Under the pieces are notes generated by a model. The model was given only the letters and a program-made list of their open reading frames with translations, had not been told where the DNA came from and did no database searches. Positions 41,068-51,940 of a DNA stretch of 51,940 bases are shown in pieces (position 1 is the first letter of the stretch; each line of letters begins with the position of its first letter). Position numbers and translations under genes: made by a program. Source of the stretch: Vitrella brassicaformis CCMP3155 (taxonomy: Eukaryota > Protista > Chromerida); assembly GCA_001179505.1 (NCBI GenBank), contig CDMY01000557.1, positions 1 through 51,940 of the forward strand. Direction: 5' to 3'.

Positions 41068-42441
41068 TTGACATGAAGGGGTGAGTGAACAAATGGATGG
41101 CCCATTGATCTGATTGATTGAGGCGAACTGTGCTGTGCTGTGACGGAGAGGGAGGGAGAGAGCTTTGAAAGCTCGGGAGGGGTGCGAGAGGTGGGTAAGC
41201 CTTCTTGAGAGTGCCTATGGTTGCGTGTGTGTGTGTGTATGTATGAGTGAGGCATGAGCTACTAGCATGGCAGCAGACAGAGGAGGCGACAGGCAGGCAA
41301 GTACATGTCAATCGCAGCTAACTGCATGTCATTAATTGTGAATGGATGTACACTTCGGGGCCATGCAATTTCAGACAGACGCATGGCAGGCACAAAGAGG
41401 GAGGGAGGGAGGGAGGGCATTTTCTGTATGTGTTATGCTGTCGGCCTCTGTTGGGCGCGTGTGTGGTTTAGTCCACGGGGCCGACTGAGGGGGAAGGAAC
41501 TCGTCTGTGTTTTAATGTTGTTTCGGTCTCTCGGCCAGCCGGTCGATCGATTGCATACGTCCATATTATATCCCTTATATACTGCCAAATGGGTGCACTG
41601 CACGCCACGCACCGGTGTGTCCCTATCGCACAGCACACGGGGTGGGCAGAGAGAATAAGTGCGTGAGTGAGTGAGAGTGAGTGACGCTGACAGACAGGCA
41701 GCTGGGCAACAAACAGGTCGGCATTCCATCGACAGACACACTGTGGCACACGACGTACGTACGTGTATGTATCAATGTCCCTGGACTCATGGTCCAGGGA
41801 GACACGTGTTTGTCTGTCACCTGGTAAGTCGCTGACACTTCAGGCGTCCCGAAGCCGCTGTGGCGAAACCGCCCCGCCTTGCACTCGCTCTTGGACGGCA
41901 GGGGCATATGGGCGGATCTGAGTGTAATCAGTGTGAAGTTGTGCGCGACGTTGAGAGGCCGGTGTTGGTACCCGTTCATCAAGTCGTATTTCGAGGGAGC
42001 ACGTAGCACAACACCTGACGGGGTGTGAATAAAATGTTGAGACGTTGTGGAATATGATCTGATTGTGTGCGACAGTGCGCTGTCTGTCTGTCTGATGGCG
42101 CAGCTTTCGTCACTCATCACACCAATCAATAAACAGTCAGTCAGTCGTTCATGCACATGTGGGTATGTTGTGTTGCACGTCCCACACACCCAGCGGACAC
42201 AAACAACGGTCGTTTGCTTGACACAAAAACAGTCCGTTAAGCAAACAAGACCATCCATCTGCAAACCCACACACGGTACCTCCCTGTCCGCCTGTCCCCC
42301 TGCCTGCCTGCCTGCCTGCTTATCTTACACAAACCATCCGGACGCTAGCTCTCTTGGCATCGTGCTCAATCAAAATACAGAGGCAGGGAGGGGAAACCCA
42401 TGAAAACGTGGCTGGCTGCTGGGTTGCATATGCATGCAACG

Positions 42442-43800
42442 CTAGAGGGCGTTCAACCGCTCCTCAATGTCGCCCTCGCCCTCGGCAACCTAATGCAGCA
42501 ATGGACAAGTAACACACACAGACACACAAGACAGACACTCATCCTCACATACGGATTGCGCGCCGATCTGATCAATCAGATCTGATCTTGATCTGTCGAC
42601 TGACCTCAGCTTGTGGTTGTGCCTGCGCGGGCAGCTTGCCGGCCGCGGCGGGGAGCTGGCCCAGGACGCCGGCCGCTACCTCTGACAGCACCTTCTGCAC
42701 CTCCTCGTCGGCCTCCTCCTCTACACCTGCTCAGGTGAGGGAGTGACCAAAGAGACAGACAGACAGGCAGACACAAGGGTGGATTGATGGCTTGGGTGTG
42801 GTGTGTCGTCTGTGTCTTGTCTGTCTGTCGGTTCGGCGGCTGCCCGTCTGCCCCTACCGGCGGCGTCCATAGAGTCGACGGCGTCGCTGACCATCTCCTC
42901 GATCAGACCCATCTTGGTCATCTCGCCTGCCATCTCGCCCATCTGACGGGATGGATGGACGGACGGAGATAGGGATGAACAGAGAACAGCACACACGTGA
43001 TATTGCTGAAGAAAGGATGGCTGAGTGGTTCGTTGGTTGGTTGGGCAGTCTGGCCGACCACTTTTGCGACTTCTGGGTATCTGATGAGTTTGCTCATCGA
43101 CTGCATCACGTCGGTGCTCGTCTTGAGGTGATCCGCCATACGCATCGTAGCTATACAGACAGGCACACACAGACACACAGCACACCCACCACACAACACA
43201 AGACAGAAATGGACGGGTGGATGGATGGATGGACGCAATACAACAAGAGAGAGAAAAGTGTGTGTCTTGTGGTGTCCTGTCCCCCTCACCCAGGTTGCTC
43301 TGCAGCGACATGGCGACGGAGTTCATGTGTGCCTTGCTCTCGTTCAGCCCTTCACCCACACACCCACACACCCACACACCCACACACACACAGAGACAGA
43401 CACAGAGACAGACAGCAGTCACTGCACCTCTCCCCATAGCAGCAGACAGGGCGGTGCCTTGCCCACATCTCTCACTCACTCACGTGTTTTGGCGTTTCTG
43501 GACCTGACGACCTCCTTCGCGAGTACTTTGCACGACTGCACGTCGTTCCTCTTGGCGGCGGCCTTGATCTCAGCCACGACCTTCCTCTCCTCAAAGTCGA
43601 TGCTTCGGATGGAGCGGTCGATGCCTCGCATCTCGTGACGAAGCTTCCGAGTCCACTCACGCACCTGCACACACAGCCCTCACACAAACACACACAACTC
43701 TTACAGAGAGAGGAACTCCATCCATCGGTTGTCTTGCACCGACCTGTTCTTTCGGTTCTTTGGGTGGCTCAGATGCTCGTCCAAAAAGTGACCACACCAT
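42442..43800 (-). CDS. VPS24: ESCRT-III subunit CHMP3/Vps24
   Basis: MVWSLFGRASEPPKEPKEQ|VREWTRKLRHEMRGIDRSIRSI...KVLAKEVVRSR|LNESKAHMNSVAMSLQ|STDVMQSMSKLIRYPEV|EMTKMGLIEEMVSD|EEEADEEVQKVLSEV|VAEGEGDIEERLNAL*. Confidence 0.93.
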
Positions 43801-44040
43801 GGCTGGCTCCTTCTCAACCTCCGAGCCGCTAAGACCTCACTCGGCACACACCAGACAGGAGGCTTCCACACAGCAGTACGACGGTAGCTGTCTTGGTGCG
43901 AATCTTCTCTCTCTGGTTAGATCTGCTGTCTAGCGAGTGCGACGGCCACTCTGACCACTCCAAAACGACGAAAACGCGAATCACAAAGCTCAGGCTAAGC
44001 TCCCAGGGGAGGAGCACTCATTCCTTGGCCGCCAGGCCGC

Positions 44041-44065
44041 CTAGGGTGCTTCCTGAAACCGCTGC
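44041..44065 (+). promoter_or_regulatory. 25-bp element, copy 3 (CTAGGGTGCTTCCTGAAACCGCTGC), between VPS24 and the HYKK-like gene
   Basis: Direct sequence match; lies in the ~300-bp interval between divergent start codons. Confidence 0.7.
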
Positions 44066-44095
44066 TGCAGGAGCGACTCATTCCAGTTTTTTGGT

Positions 44096-46487
44096 ATGGA
44101 AAACAGGCCACGTGGTCTCGACGATGCCCGCATTTTTGCACTGCTCAAAGACCTGTGGGGGATTTATGAGGGTTCTTTGATCTTTGATCTGCCGACTCCC
44201 GTGCGTGTTCCGTCTGGAGAGGGCGCTGGAGGCTCTGATGCTGCGTGCGGCGTTGTCAGTTCGATAGAGCTGCGCGGCCTGGAAAGCTATGATGATTTCA
44301 ATGCCCATGTCGTTGTCAGAGTGGGGGACGAGGCGCGAATGGAATATGTGTTCAAGGCGACCATGCTCCACACGCGTCAGCGACTGGTAAGGGGTGGAAC
44401 ACACAGGGGGAACACATCATGTCGTCGAATGTTTGCTCATACAGGAGCTGCAGACGGAGGTCATGACCTTGCTCAATGCAGCTGGTCTTCCGTGCCCAGC
44501 TGTCGTCCCTTCTGTTCACGGCAGGCACATAGAGAGGGCCGACGGGCTCACCACTGACGGCACTGCTGCAGCAGACGAGTGCAATGGCAAGAAACACCGG
44601 CCAACTCTGTACGAGCGAACGTGGTCGACAGTTGATTGTTGACGTAGGGCTTAATTGTGTGGTTTGTTTAATCAGTGTGCGGCTACTGACATACCTGCCG
44701 GGCAAGGTGCTGCCACTGCAGCATCACCGATCGCGAACCATGCTCATCAACCTTGGGAGGCTCGCCGGGAGAGTGTCGGCTGCACTCGAGGTGTCTGACT
44801 GGGGTCATTTCATTTTTCCCAGCCTGCGTGCATGCCTGTCTATGGATATATCGTTCAGGGTTACGAGCATCCCGCATCCGAGTGGGATTGGGAGTGGAAT
44901 ATCGCCACTCTGATCGCCACGTGCAGGTCCAGCCGAGTCGACCTCCTCTATGTGTATATATTGGTTGTTTTCGGCACCAACCATTTGCATGTTTGTGTGT
45001 GGGTGCGTGCGCGTGTCAGGCCGCGGGTGCGGTACGAGCAGCAGGCTCATCGGCGGGAGCTGGCTACACTAATTCTGGCATATCACACATGCACTTAAGA
45101 AGGGCACACATACATTCAAGAATGCTGGTCTGTCTGTTCAGGATGAGTTTGAGCGTGTTGTGTGCCCGCGGCTAAGCTCTCTCCGCCAGTCCGTCGCACA
45201 CACCGACCTCAACGATACCAACCTCCTGTGGGCAGGTGACACGCATTCATGAGACGATTCATGTGTGCGTGGATCGCTGCGACGTCTGTGTGTGTGGACG
45301 CTGATCGGTTGGTCCATCGATCGGTCCATCAGGTGACGAGTGCTGCGGTGTGCTCGACTTTGGTGACGTCATACATACAGCCACGTGCTTCGAAGTCAGT
45401 AATTGGATACCATGTGGTCGGTCACGCGTGTCACTCGTCGGTGTGTGTCACTGTCTGTGTGCAGGTGGGCATATGTGCGGGGTATCACTGCATTGCGCAA
45501 CCTGACCCTTGGGAGGCTGCACTCACCATCATACAAAGGCAAACACGCACAGTCACACACACACACACACACACAGCCATACACAGCAATGCATTCATGG
45601 ACTCTCCGTCGGGCACCTTTCGTATGCGTTATGGTTCGTGCGTGTGTGTGCAGTTATGATGAGGGTTATCCGCTTACTGATGACGAGATAGAGGTCCTGC
45701 CGCTGGTGGTACAGGCCAGGTGAGAGAGATAGACGGGATGAACAGAGGGGTGGAAGACAGTATGTAATTGGAGGCAGCCAGGTAGAGGTTGGTCTAGAGG
45801 ATGATGATCGATCTCTCAAAGTCCTTTAGGAGGCCGGTCTGCAGGTCGGCTGTTGACTTGAAGGAACAATGTACCATCAGATAAACTGCTGACCAAACAG
45901 ACCAGCCAGACAGCAGAGACAGACAGACAGACAGACAGAGAGGGAAGGATGGAGGGGGAAGGTTTTTCACTCCTCACGCGTCATTTTCATCGCTTTGTGT
46001 GCTGTCCATTTCAGGATTCTGATGTCGGCACTCAACTCAATTTACTACCAGGTGTGGATGATGAAGACAATGAGCTAGACTACATGCGAACGACATCGGA
46101 TGTGTGTGTGTATATGCCGCCGCGCTGCTCTGGTAGACACTTGAGGTGCGCTGAATGAGCAAACAGGCGAATTGCTCTCATTATGCTGTGATTCTTGTGT
46201 TAACAGCCCGACAATGAGTACCTCTCACACACACACGAGGTACACAGAGAGACGACAAATGGCCAATCGAAGTGAACGCGTACGTCTTGCTGTGCGGTAT
46301 GTCTGTGCAGCCCGGTTGGCGTACGCTTGAGCAGCTTGGTGCGCGTCTCGAGATTCGAGCAAGGGGGCAAGAGGTGGCTGTGGATGAACTAAAGAGGAGG
46401 CTCAAGGCCTCACGTGTACATCGAGGCAGCCCTGCAACTACGGTCACAGTTGAGACACCTTATTGTGTTGTGCGCAGGGAGGGCTGA
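44096..46487 (+). CDS. Hydroxylysine kinase-like aminoglycoside phosphotransferase (APH)-fold protein
   Basis: LRGLESYDDFN, YVFKA, GLPCP, VRLLTYLPGKVL, LGRLAGRVSAAL, GYEHPA, LRQSVAHTDLNDTNLL (HxDxxxxN), GVLDFGD, YPLTDDEIEVLPLVVQAR, PGWRTLEQL. Terminal exons are uncertain. Confidence 0.8.
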
Positions 46488-47670
46488 CATACATCGGCCT
46501 GGTTTTGCGACTGGCAGGCACCACCGAGTGACAGGATCGCTGCTGAATAAGGCTGAAGTGACTGCTGGCGTGATGTCGTGACGTTTCTTCCCCATAATAG
46601 AGAGAGGCGTAAATGTCTGAATGCAAACGTTCTCTCTTCGTGGCCAAGGGATCGGCTTGTCTGTGTGCGCGTGTGCTCGTACGTACACCCATTATGTCAT
46701 GTGTCTCTGATGTACTGTGGGCTCGGACAAGTGGGACCCTGCTTTTAAATGGGAAAAAGAATCCCGTTTATCCGTTGCACATAAATGTTGGTCCGGACGA
46801 CGAATTTGCTTGGCGAGATTGAGTCACGGTATAAAGGGAGAGGAGCCGGGCGCTTGCGAGGCAGCAAAGGCCCACTGGCGACTCACAGGAGGGTCAGTTG
46901 AGTCATCTGAGGCGTCTGATGACATTCATCCAGCCCAACACACGTTTGTTGCGGGCTGATGTGATTTGCCCTGCTTCCCCTTCCGCTCCCCTCCCCTCCC
47001 CTATCCTCACGCCCGCCCAGCCACCCAACCCTTTTCCCCCATCGCACATCGAGCATCGATGCATTCACTGCTGCAGGACTTCGACCGATTCACAGCCCGC
47101 TTGGGTGATAGTGAATGGATGGTTTTTCATCGTTTCATGCAGACGCCGCACGGCTTCGGCGTGACCGTGGAGGACCAGTGCAGCTGGTGAAGGGCGATCC
47201 ACACACGTAAGTTAGTTACTGTGTGCACGTACTGTCGCACGTTCGAAGTAGCCATCAAGGGCTCAAACAATTATGTAACAGGCTGTCACATTGTGGCAGC
47301 CACCCACCCGAGAAAAGAATGAATGAGACACACCCACCTCTTTGCCTCTAGCTAGCCAGGCTAAGCCAGCGATACATGTATCGATGGACTACACACATTC
47401 GATCATGCATGCTACGAATGATCGAATGAATCAATACAACTGACCATGTACACGTGCATACTGATGGGGTCTACACGGACGGGGCGTGCTTCCACACCTC
47501 ATCTACAAACAATCAGCCCGTCCGTCACATAGAGCAGCCGCACAGCTGGGCAAAAGCCTGACTGGAACACGCAGCCGCGGCCCACACGGAAGACGACACA
47601 CCAATCAGTGCATTAGCTAATAGCTATTTCCAACACAAGCTGACATGCATTGCTAATATTCTTCATTCAT

Positions 47671-50600
47671 TCATGTCTGATCGGCCCGCACAGATGACTC
47701 GAAAGCAGGCGTGCTGCCGCTAAGGTTGCCCTGCGTCATCCGCAGCTGAGACTCGAAGCCAAGGAAAATCTGCACACACGCACACACGCGGACACGCAAG
47801 AGAGCGAGACACATGATCGCATCGACAGAGCAGGTCATGTGGCATGCACTCACCTGTAGGTTGTTGGCAGGTGTCCGTATGGTGGAAGCGCCCTTGTTGG
47901 AGAGCTCAGACTCGACGCCGTCTCGGTCGTCAAAGTCGTCTCGATCGTCGTCATTATTACCACGATTAGGGTCAGGTGGTTTGCTTCGTGTGTGGGGATG
48001 GGAGTGCCGGTGGCCAACACGAAGCTGCTTGATCGACGACAGTCCCGCCGATGCGTCGACCCCCTTGGCTAAGCTCATATACTCATCGTCCGTGGATGAG
48101 GCGCCGGGGCTGTCGGGCGGCAATCTGGCCTGGTGTCTCCCCTCGTCATGATTGTGTCTGTGGTGGGGCCCCTGCTTGTTGTTGCTGTGTTGCTGCTGTT
48201 CGGGATAGCTCGCCTCATAGCCGTCATCGCCGTCGTCCTCACACTCGTCATAGTCCAAGTCAGTCCGGACCGACAGCTGTTTGACATTGCCGAGCTTGTT
48301 TCTGTTGATCGCTGTTTGCGAGTTGGGCCTGGTCTCCTCGCCGGTTTGCCCGTCTTTGTTTCGCTTGATGCCTTGCAGGTTGGGTGACGAGTGGAAGAGG
48401 CCCAGCCACGGCGGTCTGAGCCATCGGGAGCCCCAGCCGCTCAAGAAGCCCTTCTGCGCGCCCCCTTGAACGTGATGCTGCTGCAGGTGCTTTGACCCGT
48501 ACCACCACAACACAGGCAATGTCAGTAGCAAATACACAAACATCAAGACGCCTGCATTCAGAAAGACAGGGAGGGATCACAACAGAGCAGGAGAAGCACG
48601 ACCTGTGGCGACTTCGGCAATGTCGGCGTTGATGTCCTCCGGCTATCACGCGGCACACGTTATAATGATCAAGAAAGACGTCGTTTGTGCATTCAGGACG
48701 TCTTGTCAGGGGTTTGTGCAGTCACTGACCAGAGGGAAGGTATAAAAGAGGGCGATCAGGGTCACAATGTGCATCAGCAGCATCTGAGAGGACGAGACAC
48801 AAGCCACTTGCACCTGTCTAGGTGCCGTCCGTGATCACACACACGTGTCGGTCCTTTCATCGATAGATTGACTGACAGTGAGTGCGATGTCCAGCTTGCT
48901 ATTTGCAGACCGCCTCCACGGCGCAAATGTCATCTGCAGGGATGAATCAATGAGTGAGTATGAATGATTGAATGAAGAAATACGGAGTGAGGGGACAAGG
49001 AAACCGATTGACATCACCGTTGCGAAAGCGTAAAAGGTCAGGATGACTCCGTAATAGAGCAGCTGCAGCTGCCCGATGTTCGGCACTATCACAGTTGACA
49101 GAGCCAGTGAGGCGTTCCGGGCCTGCATAGATAGGTGCATTAATTAGGTGGCTGCCAGACCTTATCGCTGGCTGGTCAGCTGGCTTACCATCCAGACGCA
49201 CTCCCACCAATGCATGCCTGTCACACGCAGTCAGGCAGGCAGGCGCAGGAATCATCACAGACAAACACGTCCCAATGACGCGTGACTCATCGACACAGGC
49301 CGCCGAGACATGATTGCAATTATGTTCGGGTCACCCACCCTGTCTGTATTTGCCCACAACGTATCTGAAGGCAGCGCTGAAGACCTGATCGAAGTCCTGA
49401 AGATGTGTGGCCTTGTTTCTCTTCTTAAGGTCTGTGAGCCGCTGCATGCGGAAGGAGATGACGATGGACGCGATGTAGGGGCAAATGATGTACAGAAAAA
49501 TGGCCAGGAAACTCAGCCACAGCTGATCGCGCCACTCCTTGCCTCGCGCCTGAAGCAAGCAAGCAAAGACGAGAGAAGAGAGAGAGAGAGGAGACACAAG
49601 TGAGAAAGCAGCCAGACTAAGAGACACACACTTGACAGACAATTATCAAGCGTGATTGGATTTGATTTGATCTGATCTGACCGAGTTCCAGTCGCAAATT
49701 ACATATGGATGCAGTCGGACGGTGAAGTCCCCGGATGGATGCTGCAAGGGCACATAAATGTACGTACATACGCACACAAGTGTGGATGGAAACGTTGTAC
49801 CCGAAAGCAGTCGACGTGTGTGGTAGCAATCGATGCGAGGGCCACATACATGAACGAGGAGACCTGTGTCGTGGTCGCCAAGATCTGAACAACACACAGG
49901 AGCCAAACAGGCACACAGGCACACTGACCGATGAATCAACCAAGACGGACGTGAGTGGTGAGTGCCCCGCGCAGAGGCACACGGCTACTCTGGCGATATA
50001 CCCGGATGAATCCCAGGCCATGGGCGGTGTCGACAAATGTCTTGCGGAACCAGTGCAGCCAGGCCTTCTTTCGCCTCCCCACCACCTTGTCGGGATCGAG
50101 GCATTCCCACTTCTTGCCATAAAACACGAAAGCCTGCACGTGACACCAGGTGAGTTAGCCAGCCAGCAGGAGCGAATAGTGAAGGAACATTGCTGAGCGG
50201 ATACCTCAAGGATGAAGTGCACCAGCGTGACAGCCAGGACAAATATGATGGGGATCGAGAAGACGTACATGAGTTGTGTGGCGAAGGTGTCCATGCCGTA
50301 GCAATTCACACCGAGGACGGTCGGGTCCAGCATCAGCAATCTGACACATTCATATGCGTACGCATTTGCACACACAACCGTGGATCACGAGACATGGATA
50401 TGTGTGCGTGTGCGTGTATACGTATACGTATTACGTATACGTATATGTATATGCGTGTATGTATCTATCTGCATCAAGAAATAGGTGAGCTGAGTCCCTT
50501 GTCCAAATTTCTGCACCCACCTTGGGAGGCTGAATAGTTCTTGCACCTGGACGTCAATACGGAGGTTGAAGCTGCTGATGATGCCGATGTGTTGGAGGAA

Positions 50601-51940
50601 GGACAGGATGATGAGGAAGGCCTTGTTGGGGTCGTCGGCCGCCTCCCTCTCGTTGCGGCTGATCACGCTTCTGGCCGAGACGCCCGGCGTGCCGTCGCCT
50701 CTTGTCTTGCGCGGGTCGTCATAGGACGTCTTGGCGTAGAAGAAAGCGCCGACCGGCATCATAACGATGAGACTCATGAGCATGAAGCCCAGTATGCCTC
50801 CAGACATCCTGCACCGCGTGCATTCACCGCCGCTGCCCTGCAACATCACCCATCCGCATAGACCGACAGCCAACAACCTCACCTCATCCTCTGTTGCATC
50901 CGTTCGTATGTGTGTATCTACCCTGGTATATCCGCTCTCGCATCTGCCGCATGCGAGCCCCACTCTGTGCTTCTTGCAGTTGCGGGGCGGCCCGCCCTTG
51001 CATGTCGATCGTGGGTTGCACTCGTATACGGTGGGAAAGTCGTTGGCATCGCGGATGCCGTAAGACTCCATGTAGTAGCCATCCAGCGCACCCGGGGGCT
51101 CAAACCGGCCTGCGTGCACAAACCATTGAAGCAACGAATCAATAAGTGATCATCTGTGCAGTGCAGACATTTACCAGGGCAATCGTACAGGTTCTCGTCG
51201 CATAGCTTGCATGTGCCTGGGGGCAGGGTGGCGTTGACAAGGTCATCAGTGCCAATCGACCCATTGAACCCATTTCTGTAGAGACCTGCGTGCAGGTTCA
51301 CAACAAACGGCTGATTCAACCACTTGTGGACGATCTCGCGCCTGGCTAGCTGCGTGTGAGTAAGAGAATGCTACGTGGATCTGCAACGAGAGACTGACCA
51401 GTGAAGAAGTAGCCTTCTCTGCAGACACACTGGTTGACGGACACGCTGCCAAGGGCGTCCGTGGTACGCGTCTCGCCGCACTCGGTACAGTTCGGCGCCC
51501 CCTTGCGGTCGCTATAGAAACCCTCAGCACAGCGCTGGCACACACTCGACCCCTCCGTTTCAGAGAAAAACCCCTCCGCGCATATCTGACACCCCTTGTC
51601 AGAGTTGGCAGGGTTGGCATAGCCGATCTGACAGGGCGAGCAGAATGTCTGGCCCTCCAGTGGCTGACCTTGGCCTGGACGCATACATACATGCACGCGG
51701 CGAGTGTTTTGAAAGCCATTTAAGCAAAGGGGGACCATCCGTGTCTCTGGAGGCCTTTCATACCGGGTGGGCAGAACTCGCACCGAGTGGCATTTGTCGT
51801 GTCCGAGAAGGTGTTGGCGGAGCAGTTTCTGCACTCCAGCCCTGCATACATAACACACACACACACACACACGGAGAGAGAGAGAGAGAGAGAGAACACA
51901 ACCGTCAATCAATCGGCGTGAGTTGCCAGCCTTCGCTGCA
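47671..51940 (-). CDS. Cysteine-repeat (GCC2/GCC3, TNFR-like) multi-pass membrane protein, CRMP-like; 5' end lies beyond the window
   Basis: CxxC repeats (CRNCSANTFSDTTNATRCEFCPPG, CQICAEGFFSETEGSSVCQRCAEGFYSDRKGAPNCTEC, CVCREGYF), CKKHRVGLACGRCESGY, TM segments (KAFLIILSFLQHIGIISSF, QLMYVFSIPIIFVLAVTLVHF, MFVYLLLTLPVLWWY) and an acidic cytoplasmic tail. Confidence 0.75.
50411..50466. repeat. Intronic palindromic (TATACG/TACGTA)n microsatellite
   Basis: 'tgtatacgtatacgtattacgtatacgtatatgtatatgcgtgtatg' is largely self-complementary. Confidence 0.7.

Noticed and set aside
32584-44065. 25-bp element as a CRISPR repeat, spliced-leader relic or tRNA B-box
   Set aside because: Copies are kilobases apart with no spacers. 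There is no match to the dinoflagellate/Perkinsus SL (CCGTAGCCATTTTGGCTCAAG) or to GTTCGA(N)TCC. The AGGG/CCCT mini-hairpin is not preserved in copy 1.

Overview
This is a gene-dense, GC-rich, intron-rich eukaryotic window, not a prokaryotic one. Short introns full of (CA)n/(GT)n/(ACAG)n/(CTGT)n microsatellites and an alveolate-type gene set suggest the chromerid Vitrella brassicaformis (inference from sequence style, not a database hit). About 16 spliced genes can be assembled by hand: two inverted paralogues of a lineage-specific family (one frameshifted), a Yak1-type DYRK kinase, a stand-alone NEURL4-type ADP-ribosyltransferase, a secreted beta-helix protein with a duplicated unnamed domain and a mucin repeat, two MFS transporters, thymidylate kinase, PDAT, a GT25-like glycosyltransferase with an in-frame TAG, pescadillo, a coiled-coil protein, an ApaH-like phosphatase, CHMP3/Vps24, a hydroxylysine-kinase-like APH protein and a 5'-truncated CRMP-like cysteine-repeat membrane protein. 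Most short ORFs in the supplied track are antisense or microsatellite artefacts. The most striking unexplained signals are a near-invariant 25-bp element (CTAGGGTGCTYCMYGAAACCGCTGC) found in three head-to-head promoter regions, strongly alternating gene orientation, and polarised self-complementary microsatellites in introns alongside candidate GA-AG and GC-AG splice sites. No rRNA, tRNA, CRISPR array or transposase was recognised. Exon boundaries and gene ends are manual estimates.
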